A DNA stretch of 64,000 bases from Longimicrobiales bacterium (lineage in GTDB: Bacteria > Gemmatimonadota > Gemmatimonadetes > Longimicrobiales > Gaopeijiaceae): NCBI GenBank assembly GCA_965248195.1, contig CBDFIQ010000001.1, forward strand, positions 32,001 to 96,000. The letters run 5' to 3'. Under the pieces are notes generated by a model. That model was not told the DNA's origin and did not search any database. It worked only from the letters and a program-made list of their open reading frames with translations. The translations under genes and the position numbers were made by a program. Shown here piece after piece: positions 48,624 through 58,764 of the stretch (positions are counted from its first letter, which is position 1; each line of letters begins with the position of its first letter).

Positions 48624-50078
48624 TCAGGTCTCCCCTTCGGAGAGGGTCCCCGGTCCAGCCTGTGAGGGGAAAAACTGGGTGATCAAATCGGCGGTCCACC
48701 CGGCCGATCCTCGATGATCCTCAATATACTCCATGGCACGCTGAGCGTGTTCCTGATTTTTTTGCGGAGCCTCGAGCCATTCCCGTAGAGCGTGGGCGAG
48801 GGCCTCCACATCCGCAACCGCACGGGCACCCCCAGCCTCCAAAAGCCGAGTCGCGTGAACCGAGCTCTGGTACCGCGGGCCGATGAGCACCGGCACCCCG
48901 GCCGCGGCCGGTTCGAGCACAGAGTGCAGGCCGCCCCTGTGGAATCCGCCCGCGTGGAATCCCCCGCCGACGTAGGCGACCGACGCCAGGGTGTATAGCT
49001 CGGCAAGCACGCCGACGCGGTCCACGAGAATCGCGTCCGCGCCATCGACCGTCCCGACCTCGGGGGCCTCCCAGGTGCCTTCGGCCTCCCCGAGGAGTGC
49101 GGGCGTCCATCCGTCCGCCGCCAACCTCCGGCCGAGCCCGGCGAAGTCGTAGCCGTCAGGCTCGTGAGGCGCCAAGACGATCCGCAGGCCGGGGACCGAT
49201 TCGCGCACCCGGGCCACTGCCGGGAGGAGCACTTCCTCATCCGCCGGCCAGGTCGAGCCGGCCACCAGGATCGGCCCAGGCCCGTCGACCGGCCCACGCC
49301 CGTCGACTGGCCCTCGCCCGTAACTGAAGATGTGCATATGGGGCGCTTCACGGTCGATCCCCGCCACACGCGCCCGGGCCGCGTCGATCCCCGGGTCACC
49401 GGTCACCGTCACGCGATCGCCCCTCACACCGAGGAGAGCGAATCGCTCGCCGTCCTCTTTGGAGACGGCGGCGACCGCCCGAAGGCTCCGAAACGCGGGG
49501 CCCAGCAGGATCCTGCCTGGCCCACTGGTCCTCCCGGCCCGCTCCGACATCGTACCTGCGATGAGGACGGTCGGCACGCCTCGAGTCGCGGCCTCGTCGG
49601 CCAGGGTGGGCCAGACCTCGCGCTGCGTGAAAACGATCATGGACGGTTGAACAGCGTCCAGAACCGGTCCCATCACCTCGGGAAGGTCCCACGGCAGGTA
49701 GGTACATACGTCAGCGGGAAAGTCCCCGCACATCCCCTCGGCGGAGGGCGAGAAGAACGTAAAGACGACCTGGAGCCCGTTCATTCGCTCGCGAAGCACA
49801 TCGATGACGGCTCGAGCCTGGATGGATTCGCCCACCGACGACGCGTGCACCCAGACAACAGGCCGATCGGCAAGAGCCGCGGCGGCGGCCCCGCCATTGC
49901 CCTCTGGGCAGCCGTCTCCATCTCCATGAGTCCTACGGCCCCATGCAGCCAACCGCTCGTGGGCATCACGCCTGCCGCGAAGCCCGCGTGCAAGCTTGGA
50001 CCCCCCTGTCATCATCGCCGGAGATAGCGTGCGAAGGGCGCGCAACCCGGTTCGGTACAACGCCTGGGGAAGTGCCAT
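48624..50078 (-). CDS. waaA: 3-deoxy-D-manno-octulosonic acid (Kdo) transferase
   Basis: WVHASSVGE, YLPWD, VAGSTW, APHEP, YVGGGF, HSVLEPA. Confidence 0.9.
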   Translation of the reverse strand: MALPQALYRTGLRALRTLSPAMMTGGSKLARGLRGRRDAHERLAAWGRRTHGDGDGCPEGNGGAAAAALADRPVVWVHASSVGESIQARAVIDVLRERMNGLQVVFTFFSPSAEGMCGDFPADVCTYLPWDLPEVMGPVLDAVQPSMIVFTQREVWPTLADEAATRGVPTVLIAGTMSERAGRTSGPGRILLGPAFRSLRAVAAVSKEDGERFALLGVRGDRVTVTGDPGIDAARARVAGIDREAPHMHIFSYGRGPVDGRGPVDGPGPILVAGSTWPADEEVLLPAVARVRESVPGLRIVLAPHEPDGYDFAGLGRRLAADGWTPALLGEAEGTWEAPEVGTVDGADAILVDRVGVLAELYTLASVAYVGGGFHAGGFHRGGLHSVLEPAAAGVPVLIGPRYQSSVHATRLLEAGGARAVADVEALAHALREWLEAPQKNQEHAQRAMEYIEDHRGSAGWTADLITQFFPSQAGPGTLSEGET

Positions 50079-50296
50079 GGCGGACGATGTCCCTCCGACG
50101 GGCCATTCCACAAGGCTGCCCACGGCCGACCCTGTGGGTAGATTACAGGCGGACCCGGATCGATCTGAGTAAAGAAGCGTCGTTCGACGTCCGTATTCCG
50201 TAGTGGAGTTGGAGAGCAGAGTATCTTACTTCGTGGGGAACCGAAGCTCCCGGTCAGGGAGTCGAGGCTCCTCACCATCAAAATAAGGAGGTCGTC

Positions 50297-51193
50297 ATGG
50301 GATCCATGTTGCTGGCCATGTTGGTCATCGTTGCTGGCTCGGCCGTCTGGGTGATCGGTCCAGCCGTTGCAGGCGCAGCAAACCGAGGGCGGGCCAAACT
50401 CCTCGGTTTCGGCCTGATGCTCGGAGGTGTCGGGGTCGCCGGCATCAACACGGTGGTCATCGTCGACGTGGGTGAGGTGGGCGTGAAGCACTTTCTGGGC
50501 CGCGTCGACCCCGTGCCATTGGGCCAGGGCATACACGTCATCAACCCGCTCGCCTCGGTCGAGATCATGTCGATCCGCGAGCAGAGCTTTCCGCCGAGTG
50601 GCAGCATCGAGCAGATCGAGGCACAGACCAGTGAGCAGATGAACGTCGCGCTGGAGGTGTCCCTGCTCTACCGGATCGATCCGGCACGGGCGCCCGACCT
50701 CTTCGACCGCATCGGCTCCGAAGACCTGATCGAGCAGAGTATCGTCTTGAACGCCGTCCGAAACGGCGTCCGGGACGCTGTCGCCACAAAGTCGATCAAC
50801 GACATCTTTTCGCCCGACCGGGCCCGGGTCGCCGCCGATATGAGGGAGGCGATTCAGGTGAAGGCCGGGGACCGCATCGACGTCGTGGAGGTTTTCCTTC
50901 GCGACGTCCAGGCGCCCGCCACCGTCCGCGAGGCGATCGACGAGAAACTCCAGCGGGAGCAACAGGTGGCGGCCGAGAAATTCCAGACCGAGATCATCGA
51001 GGAGCAGGCGCTCCAGGAGATCGCGGCGGCCAGGGGAATCGCCGAAGCCCAGCGTATCATCTCGGTGGGCCTCACGCCCGAGTACCTGATGTTCCACTAC
51101 ATCGAGCAACTCGGCGACCTCCCAGGCGGATCGGTGGTCTACGTGCCGACCGAAGGCAGCATCCCGCTCATGCGCAACGTCGGAACCAACTGA
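50297..51193 (+). CDS. SPFH/prohibitin family protein
   Basis: N-terminal TMs; GEVGV..F, G.H.INP, AID.K, A.ARG.AEA. Confidence 0.9.
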   Translation: MGSMLLAMLVIVAGSAVWVIGPAVAGAANRGRAKLLGFGLMLGGVGVAGINTVVIVDVGEVGVKHFLGRVDPVPLGQGIHVINPLASVEIMSIREQSFPPSGSIEQIEAQTSEQMNVALEVSLLYRIDPARAPDLFDRIGSEDLIEQSIVLNAVRNGVRDAVATKSINDIFSPDRARVAADMREAIQVKAGDRIDVVEVFLRDVQAPATVREAIDEKLQREQQVAAEKFQTEIIEEQALQEIAAARGIAEAQRIISVGLTPEYLMFHYIEQLGDLPGGSVVYVPTEGSIPLMRNVGTN

Positions 51194-51236
51194 CCCATGC
51201 GACCACGGCATCGAGCGTGTGAGGGTCACTGACTCG

Positions 51237-52304
51237 ATGAGCCGACGGGTCTGGATGCGCCTCTCGCTGGCGGCGGGCGCCGTTGTCCTGGTCACCTCCC
51301 TCGCTTCGGCGTGCTCGCCCATGTATGTGATCCGGGCGGGCATCGCCGAGGCGAAGATCCTCCGTGCCCGTCGCCCCATCCCCGAGGTGATTCTCGATCC
51401 CACGACGGATGATCGCACGAAGACCAAGCTCACCTTCGTGATAGAGGCGCGGAATTACGCGAAGGACGTGTTCGAGCTCGACGTGGGGCGTTCCTACACG
51501 TCCTTTTCACAACTGGAGTCCGACACGCTCGCCCTGGTGCTTTCCGCCGCGCACCGGGACCAACTCACGCCGAAGACGTGGTGGTTTCCCATCGTCGGGA
51601 CCGTCCCTTACAAGGGGTACTTCGACGAAGACAACGCGATCGAGGAGCAGGACAAGCTCGAAGAAGACGGCTTCGACACTTTTCTGCGGCCCACCGCGGC
51701 GTTCAGTACGCTTGGGTGGTTCGCGGATCCCCTCCTCTCCACCCTCTTACGGCTCGATGAGGTCGATCTGGTCGAAACCGTGCTTCACGAGCTGTCCCAC
51801 AACCACCTCTTCGTGAAGGGACAGGTCCGCTTCAACGAGAGCTTCGCCACGTTCGTGGGGAGAGCGGGCGCCATCGAGTTCTTCTGCAACCGTCAGGGGG
51901 GCGGCGCCGATACGGTGAAGTGCCTCCGGGCCCAAGCCCGCTGGCGCGACCACCAACGGTTCGAAGGGTTCATCGAGGGTCTCGTCGAGGAGCTGCAGTC
52001 GGTATACCAGGACACCACGCTCGCATTCGACACCAAGCTGGCCGAGCGGGAGCGGATTTTTGGCGCGAGCATTGCGACCTTCGCCAGCGAGGTGCAGCCC
52101 ACCTTCGAAGCGAGCACGTATCAGAGCTTTCTGGTCATTCCCCTCAACAACGCCACATTGTTGGCGCGCATCCGTTACCACCATCGCCTGCGGGACTTCC
52201 AGGCCCTCATGGAGCGGGAGGGCGACCTGCGCCGGGCCGTCCAGTACCTCAAGGACGGCGTGGACGGTGTGGACGATCCTTTCGACCTGCTCCCCGTCGG
52301 TTGA
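51237..52304 (+). CDS. Putative aminopeptidase (DUF2265-like) lipoprotein
   Basis: WWFPIVG.VPYKGYF, AFSTLGWF.DP, HELSH, FNESFA. Confidence 0.88.
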   Translation: MSRRVWMRLSLAAGAVVLVTSLASACSPMYVIRAGIAEAKILRARRPIPEVILDPTTDDRTKTKLTFVIEARNYAKDVFELDVGRSYTSFSQLESDTLALVLSAAHRDQLTPKTWWFPIVGTVPYKGYFDEDNAIEEQDKLEEDGFDTFLRPTAAFSTLGWFADPLLSTLLRLDEVDLVETVLHELSHNHLFVKGQVRFNESFATFVGRAGAIEFFCNRQGGGADTVKCLRAQARWRDHQRFEGFIEGLVEELQSVYQDTTLAFDTKLAERERIFGASIATFASEVQPTFEASTYQSFLVIPLNNATLLARIRYHHRLRDFQALMEREGDLRRAVQYLKDGVDGVDDPFDLLPVG

Positions 52305-54259
52305 CCGACGCTGACACCAACCCCCTGACTGACCCCCTCGAGGCTTACGCGCACCGCGAGGCGGAGGCGTCGAGGTCGGCCGACCTCTGGCAGGCCCGCT
52401 TCAACAGCCTGGCCAACCAAAGGATGGGCGTGACCCTGGCCTTGGCCGCGGTGGTCGTCGGGTACCTAACGGTCCCGGGCGCTCGGACGCCCCTCATCGC
52501 GGCCACCCTGATTCTCTCCGTGATCTTCATGGTGTTGGTCGTCAAGCACGCCCGCGTCCGGCACCAGGAGATCTGGCACCGCGAGTTGGCCCAGGTGGCG
52601 CTGGAGGCGGGTCACCGGCGGCTGCGCCGATGGGAGGAGTTTTCGGAGCCTACCCCCGAGCCACCGCCGAACCATCCCTACGCGGACGACCTCGACGTTT
52701 TCGGTCACGCGTCCCTGCACGTACTCCTGGGCACGACGTGCACGCGCCCCGGAGCCGACCTGCTCACCGAGTGGCTCCTGGCCCCCGCTCCTCTCCAGAC
52801 TGTACGGCAGCGCCAGAACGCCGTTCGGGAGTTGGCGCCGGCCATCGAGTTCCGAGATGAGCTTCAGGCTATGGGCCGCCTCGCGGGACCCGTCGAGCCC
52901 AATCAGCTTCGACTTCTTCTGGAATGGGCCGAGAGCCCCGCGTGGCTGTTGCCCAAGCGGGGCCTCAAATGGCTGGCCATCGCGCTGCCCATTCTCGTGA
53001 TCGTGACGGCGGGCCTCCACAGCTTCGCCGTCGTACCGTATCTGTGGATCCTCCCGGTCGCCGTGGCCATAGTCGTGACCAGGCGCTACACCCCACGCAT
53101 CCACGACGACTTCACCCGAACCTCCAGCGGGGAGTCGGGCCTCCGGCGGTATCACACCCTCGTGGCACGCATCGCGGACGCACGGTTTGAAGATCCCCTC
53201 CTGGCCGAGCTTCGTATTAGTCTCATGGGGAGTGGTGAAACCCCGACTGAGTCCGAAGCCCCATCCGACTCTGAGACCCCGGCCGAGTTAGAGGCCCCGG
53301 CTGAGTCTGAGGCCCCGGCCAAATCTGAAGCCCCGGCTAGGGCTCTGGAGCGTCTCTTTCGGCTCGTGGAGTTGTCGGACGTGCGATACAGCCACCTGAT
53401 CCACCCCTCCTGGAACCTTCTGACGCTATGGGATATCCACGTGCTGGTGCGGCTGGAGCGTTGGAAGGAAAAGCACGGCGCGGCGCTTCGCGGGTGGATG
53501 ATGGCCCTGGGCCGGACCGATGCGCTCTCGGCCCTCGCCGGACTGGCGCACGCCCACCCCGACTGGGCCTTTCCTGAGATCGCGGATGGGCAATCCGGCA
53601 GACCACCTCGTCTGGAAGCCACGGGGCTCGGGCATCCCCTTCTGGCGCCGGAGAGCACCGTACAGAATGACGTCAGCCTCGGACCGCCGGGCAGCCTACT
53701 GCTCGTCACCGGCTCGAATATGTCTGGCAAAAGCACGCTGCTTCGGGCCATCGGCGCGAACGTCATCCTGGCCGGCGCGGGTGGGCCCGTCTGCGCCGAA
53801 GCGATGGCCCTCCCGGTCGCGGATCTCCGTACGAGCATGCGTATCCGGGATTCGCTCGAGGAGGGGATCTCGTATTTCATGGCCGAGCTCCGGCGCCTCA
53901 AGGCGGTGTGCGATGCGGCGAGTGCGGCCAGCGACAGGCCCGTCCTCTACCTCCTCGACGAGATTCTGCAGGGCACGAACACCGCCGAGCGGCAGATCGC
54001 GGCCCGCCGCATCCTACATCACCTCCTGGATCAACACGCCATTGGGGCGGTGACGACGCATGACCTCACCCTGGCGGACGCGGAGGATCTCAAAGACCGC
54101 GCCGTGCTGGTCCACTTCCGTGAGTCGCTCGAGGCGAGCGAAGGTGGCCCGCCCATCGCGTTCGACTATCAACTCCGCCCTGGACTCGCGACCTCGACGA
54201 ACGCACTTCGGCTCATGGAGATCATGGGACTCGCGCTGCCGGGGGGTGGGGCGAGCTAG
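52301..54259 (+). CDS. MutS-family ATPase with TM segments (domain V only)
   Basis: YADDLDVFG, GHPLL, TGSNMSGKST, S.FMAEL, LLDEILQGTN, TTHD. Confidence 0.9.
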   Translation: MTDADTNPLTDPLEAYAHREAEASRSADLWQARFNSLANQRMGVTLALAAVVVGYLTVPGARTPLIAATLILSVIFMVLVVKHARVRHQEIWHRELAQVALEAGHRRLRRWEEFSEPTPEPPPNHPYADDLDVFGHASLHVLLGTTCTRPGADLLTEWLLAPAPLQTVRQRQNAVRELAPAIEFRDELQAMGRLAGPVEPNQLRLLLEWAESPAWLLPKRGLKWLAIALPILVIVTAGLHSFAVVPYLWILPVAVAIVVTRRYTPRIHDDFTRTSSGESGLRRYHTLVARIADARFEDPLLAELRISLMGSGETPTESEAPSDSETPAELEAPAESEAPAKSEAPARALERLFRLVELSDVRYSHLIHPSWNLLTLWDIHVLVRLERWKEKHGAALRGWMMALGRTDALSALAGLAHAHPDWAFPEIADGQSGRPPRLEATGLGHPLLAPESTVQNDVSLGPPGSLLLVTGSNMSGKSTLLRAIGANVILAGAGGPVCAEAMALPVADLRTSMRIRDSLEEGISYFMAELRRLKAVCDAASAASDRPVLYLLDEILQGTNTAERQIAARRILHHLLDQHAIGAVTTHDLTLADAEDLKDRAVLVHFRESLEASEGGPPIAFDYQLRPGLATSTNALRLMEIMGLALPGGGAS

Positions 54260-54457
54260 TCGCTTTGTCGCTTCGCCCGTAACTTTGTCGCTTCGCCCGT
54301 AAGTAGTGGCGTGACAAAGCGCGTCCCCGGCCATACTTTCTGACCCTGCGCGGGTTCGGTTGGTCGGTTGAACCGCCTTCCCCTGTTCCCGGGTAGGCAC
54401 CGCGTTGACGGGGAACGCAGCAGCCATTGGATTCACGTGATTTCACCGGAGCAGGCT

Positions 54458-55609
54458 ATGGAACGCATTACAAGACTAACTTTGGCTCTCTCGATGGTTG
54501 CGGCTCTCGCGAGCCCCGCCCTTGTCCAGGCCCAGGCGATGTCCTCAGCCGAGCCATTTAAGGTCGGGACTTTCGAAATCGACGGCGCGGCGACGGTAGG
54601 GGTCGTCCTCAGGGACGCTCTGGTCATTGACCTTGCCGCGGCGAACACTGCTCTCGAGATCGATCCGATGTACGCGCACGTCAACGCGCCCGCCGATATG
54701 CTCGAGTTGATCGGGCAGTATGAGTACGGTCTGAAGTACCGGATCTACGACGTCGTCAACAACGTGGTGGGCAACAACCTGACTGGAGCGGACTACGTTC
54801 ACCGTGTCGACGACGTGGGCATCCTTCCTCCGATCATGTATCCCAGCAAGATCATGAACGCCGCAGTCAACTTCTACACGCACGCGTGTGAAGGCTGCAC
54901 CCCGGAGGAGCTGCAGGCGAACACCCGGGAGCGGCAGGAGAATCGGGGAGTGCCTTACCTGTTCCTCAAGCCGACACGCGGCGCGGTTATCGGCAGCGGC
55001 GAGGACATCATAATGCCTTGGGGCCGTGACCGGATCGAGTGGGAAGTCGAGTTGGCTATCGTAATAGGCCGCGCGGGCAAGTACATCTCTTCGGGCCGTG
55101 CGTACAACCACGTGTTCGGCTACACGGTCGCCATGGACGTATCCGACCGTGGCGGGCGTCCGCCGGGTGGGTACGGCTCCGGTTCTGACTGGTTCGTCGG
55201 TAAGGGTCATGACACCTTCGCGCCCCAAGGGCCGTGGATTGTTCCAAAAGAATTCTACGGGGATCCCATGGAGCGTCTGCACCAGAGTCTGGTCATCGAC
55301 GGCGTGACCGTTCAAGAGGCCAGAGCGGGGGACATGATCCACAATATTCCTGAGCTGATCGAGTACGCATCGTCGTTAATCACCCTGTTCCCCGGTGACA
55401 TTCTGCAAAGCGGGACGTCGGGCGGAACGGGCGCCGGTCGCGTCGAGCGCGCGACAGGCTCCGGGTACCTGCAGGATGGTGAGACCATCCAAGCCACCAT
55501 CGAGGGTATCGGGACGCTAAGGCACACCGTCGTCGCTGAGGACGGCATTCCGGACGATCTGTCCGGCGCACAGCTGCCTCCAACTAGGGACTACCGTCCG
55601 GGCAGATGA
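54458..55609 (+). CDS. Fumarylacetoacetate hydrolase family protein with signal peptide
   Basis: EWEVEL, DVSDR, GKGHDTFAP.GP, PGD...GT; N-terminus ...PALVQAQA. Confidence 0.88.
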   Translation: MERITRLTLALSMVAALASPALVQAQAMSSAEPFKVGTFEIDGAATVGVVLRDALVIDLAAANTALEIDPMYAHVNAPADMLELIGQYEYGLKYRIYDVVNNVVGNNLTGADYVHRVDDVGILPPIMYPSKIMNAAVNFYTHACEGCTPEELQANTRERQENRGVPYLFLKPTRGAVIGSGEDIIMPWGRDRIEWEVELAIVIGRAGKYISSGRAYNHVFGYTVAMDVSDRGGRPPGGYGSGSDWFVGKGHDTFAPQGPWIVPKEFYGDPMERLHQSLVIDGVTVQEARAGDMIHNIPELIEYASSLITLFPGDILQSGTSGGTGAGRVERATGSGYLQDGETIQATIEGIGTLRHTVVAEDGIPDDLSGAQLPPTRDYRPGR

Positions 55610-55641
55610 GGGCATAGGCCCAGCGAAGGCCATCAGGACAA

Positions 55642-55679
55642 AGCGCCGGCCGGGGTATCCCCGGCCGGCGCTCTTCATT
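55642..55679. terminator. Long GC hairpin, probable terminator
   Basis: agcgccggccgggg-tat-ccccggccggcgct followed by cttcatt. Confidence 0.7.
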
Positions 55680-55837
55680 GTCGAATGGCGCTCGAGGGGT
55701 TGTGGGAGCCGCGTAGAGCTGACGCGGGCTCCCGGCCTTCTTGTTGCTCTGGCGTCATCCCGCCATACGCCCGATGATATCCCGCCTTCCGGGACGAGCC
55801 CGGGAGACATCAGCACGCGAAGCTCGAGGAAACGCGC

Positions 55838-56809
55838 ATGGAGCAGGCCACGGTGACCGCAGGATCCACACTGCTGGAGAAGGTCAACGACGCGGTGCAC
55901 GACCGGGTCGTGGGCCAGAACGAGGCGGTGGAGGGGCTGCTCGTCGCGCTCCTGACCGGAGGGCACATCCTCCTCGAGGGTCTGCCGGGGCTCGCCAAGA
56001 CACTGATGGTTCGCACGCTCGCGCAGTCGATTCACACGGGCTTCCGCAGGATCCAGTTCACGCCTGACTTGCTCCCCACCGACATCATCGGGACGCCGGT
56101 CTTCGACCAGTCGAGCGGTCAGTTCCGGGTCCAGAAGGGGCCCATCTTCTCGAACATCATCCTCGCCGACGAGATCAACCGCGCGCCGCCCAAGGTGCAG
56201 GCAGCACTCCTCGAGGCGATGGAGGAGAGCCAGGTCACGATCGCCGGGGACACGTATCCGCTCGACGCGCCCTTCATGGTGCTGGCCACGCAGAACCCGG
56301 TCGAGCTGCACGGGACGTATCCGCTCGCCGAGGCGCAGCTCGATCGCTTCGCGCTGAAGCTCGAGATCGGGTATCCGACGAAGGACGAAGAGAAGACGAT
56401 CGTGCGCCGCGTCGCAGCCGCGGGCCAGGAGCCGATCGAGGCGGTCGCCACGGTGGAGGAGCTGGCCAGCGCGCGTGAGGCCGTGGCGAGCGTCCATCTG
56501 GAGGAGAAGGTGCTCGACTACATCGTCGAGCTGACCTTCGCGACGCGTGAGCCCGGCGGGGTCGGCCTGGCAGACCTCGAGGACCTGATCGAGTTCGGTA
56601 CGTCGCCGCGCGCGACGATCTTCCTGACCCGCGTCTCCCGTGCGAGGGCGTACCTGCAGGGCCGCGACTACGTCATGCCCGACGACGCGAAGGCGATGGC
56701 GCCGGCGGTATTCCGCCACCGGCTGCGCACGACGTACGAGGCCGACGCCCGCGGGATCGACTCGGACGAGATCGTGCGGCGGATCCTGGACGCGGTGCCG
56801 GCCCCGTAG
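55838..56809 (+). CDS. moxR: MoxR family AAA+ ATPase
   Basis: GLPGLAKT, RIQFTPDLLP, DEINRAPPKVQ, ATQNP, QLDRF. Confidence 0.96.
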   Translation: MEQATVTAGSTLLEKVNDAVHDRVVGQNEAVEGLLVALLTGGHILLEGLPGLAKTLMVRTLAQSIHTGFRRIQFTPDLLPTDIIGTPVFDQSSGQFRVQKGPIFSNIILADEINRAPPKVQAALLEAMEESQVTIAGDTYPLDAPFMVLATQNPVELHGTYPLAEAQLDRFALKLEIGYPTKDEEKTIVRRVAAAGQEPIEAVATVEELASAREAVASVHLEEKVLDYIVELTFATREPGGVGLADLEDLIEFGTSPRATIFLTRVSRARAYLQGRDYVMPDDAKAMAPAVFRHRLRTTYEADARGIDSDEIVRRILDAVPAP

Positions 56810-56818
56810 GTCTGACCG

Positions 56819-57760
56819 ATGAAGCAGAAGCTGCCGATCGGCGGACAGGGCCGCGAGGCGACACACGTCTTCTCGAAGGAGATCGCCGCCCAGGTGCGCC
56901 GCATCGAGCTGCGTACGAAGGGCCTGGTGGAGTCGCTCTTCAGCGGCGAGTACCACTCGGTCTTCAAGGGCCGCGGCCTCGAGTTCTCGGACGTACGGGA
57001 GTACCAACCGGGCGACGACGTGCGCGCGATCGACTGGAACGTGACGGCACGCCGCGGTCACCTCTTCCTGAAGGAGTACGTCGAGGAGCGCGAGCTCACC
57101 GCTCTGCTGATCGTCGACCTCTCCGCATCCAAGGAGTTCGGCACCGGAGAGAAGTCGAACGCAACAATCGCGGCGGAGATCGCGGCGATCCTCGCCTTCG
57201 CAGCGGCGGGGAACAACGACCGCGTTGGTCTCCTGTTGGTCACCGACCACGTGGAGCTGTTCGTGCCGCCCGACTCGGGTCGTCGCCACGTGATGCGACT
57301 CGTCCTGGAGCTGCTCTCCTTCCGCCCGAGCGGTCGCGGCACCCGCCTATCGACCGCGCTGGAGTACGCTTCCCGAGTGCTGCACCGGCGCTCGGCGATC
57401 TTCCTCGTGAGCGACTTTCTGCTCGATGACGACACCGACCCCGAGTTCGCGCGCGCGGCCGGTCTCGTGAAGCGCGATCACGACCTGGTGCCCATCCGAC
57501 TCACCGACCCGGGGGGCGCGGTGCTTCCGAACGTGGGGCTCCTGGCGCTCGTCGATCCGGAGACGGGCGAGCGGCTCATCGTCGATACCGGATCGGCCGC
57601 CAAGCGGCGGGGTTACGCCGAGGGAAAGGCGGCACAGCGGGACCGGATGACCGCGCTCTTCCGCGAGCTCCGGACGAATACCGTCGAAGTGAACACCACC
57701 GAGGACTACGTGCCCGCCCTCATCCACTTTTTCCGTCAGCGGGAGCGGGTGTCGCGGTGA
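56819..57760 (+). CDS. DUF58 domain protein
   Basis: GLEFSDVREYQPGDDVRAIDWNVTAR, EERE. Confidence 0.95.
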   Translation: MKQKLPIGGQGREATHVFSKEIAAQVRRIELRTKGLVESLFSGEYHSVFKGRGLEFSDVREYQPGDDVRAIDWNVTARRGHLFLKEYVEERELTALLIVDLSASKEFGTGEKSNATIAAEIAAILAFAAAGNNDRVGLLLVTDHVELFVPPDSGRRHVMRLVLELLSFRPSGRGTRLSTALEYASRVLHRRSAIFLVSDFLLDDDTDPEFARAAGLVKRDHDLVPIRLTDPGGAVLPNVGLLALVDPETGERLIVDTGSAAKRRGYAEGKAAQRDRMTALFRELRTNTVEVNTTEDYVPALIHFFRQRERVSR

Positions 57761-58764
57761 AGCCCCTGGTGAGGCCCATCGGGTGCGTCGCGCTGGTGTG
57801 GGCGCTCCAACCGCTCTCGACAGCGGCGCAGAGCCCAGAACCGGTCGCAGTTCTCTCCGCCGACTCGGTGGAGATGGCCGAGGTCTTCGAGTTGCGCGTG
57901 GAGGTACCGGTCCCAGGTGGAAGCATGGTCTATTTCCCAGCCACGGTGCCCTCCACGGGTGACGTCGAGAGCTTTACCCCGGTCGCCTGGCGAGCCCGTC
58001 GCGGACCGAACGGCGGCGCGACGCTCGAGCTCAGGTACGCGCTGATTCCGTTCGGCATGGGGAACACCGCCCTTCCCCCGGTCGACGTGATCACGATGCC
58101 GCTGGAGGACGAAGCCGAAGGGCAGGACATCCCGGGAGGGTCGATCGTAGGCGTGTGGGAAGAGCGCCAGCAGACCGTCCGGTATACGCGCAGCATCACG
58201 TCTCCGACGATCTGGGTGGAGCCGGTCTACTCGACGGACGACGTCGTTGCGGGTATGTCGCCGAGGGGGCCCGAGGACGTGGTCGGCTTCAGTTGGAGCT
58301 GGCCCTCCATGGCGCTCGTTCTCCTCTTCTCGACGGTCGTCGGCGGAGGCGTCGTCACCACGACGCGGGAGTGGCTCGCCGACCGCGCCGGGCCGGGACC
58401 GGTACCGCCGCCCGGCCCCACCTCCCTGGACGAGACCCGGAAGCAGGCGCTCACCGAGCTCGATCGGCTGTTGGCGGCCGGCCCGTACCCGGCCGAGCGC
58501 GCCCACGAGCTGTACGAGGAGAGCAGCGGCATCGCTCGTGGATACGTCGAGCGGCTCGATCCCGAGTGGGGCCCCGAGCTCACCAGCACAGAGCTGATGG
58601 ACAGGCTGAAGGGCCGCTCGCCCGAGGGCGCAGTGCTCGCAAACGAGATGCGGACCGCCGAAGCCGTGAAGTTCGGGCGGCTACGGCCCCACGCCGAGCC
58701 CACGGCCGAACACCTTAGGGTGCTCCGGGCTTGGCTGGCCGGCAGACCGGAGGTCCGTTCGTGA
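57757..58764 (+). CDS. Exported membrane protein of the moxR/bat operon
   Basis: Signal peptide, one TM, C-terminal T..EL...VKF; overlaps both neighbours. Confidence 0.75.
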   Translation: MKPLVRPIGCVALVWALQPLSTAAQSPEPVAVLSADSVEMAEVFELRVEVPVPGGSMVYFPATVPSTGDVESFTPVAWRARRGPNGGATLELRYALIPFGMGNTALPPVDVITMPLEDEAEGQDIPGGSIVGVWEERQQTVRYTRSITSPTIWVEPVYSTDDVVAGMSPRGPEDVVGFSWSWPSMALVLLFSTVVGGGVVTTTREWLADRAGPGPVPPPGPTSLDETRKQALTELDRLLAAGPYPAERAHELYEESSGIARGYVERLDPEWGPELTSTELMDRLKGRSPEGAVLANEMRTAEAVKFGRLRPHAEPTAEHLRVLRAWLAGRPEVRS

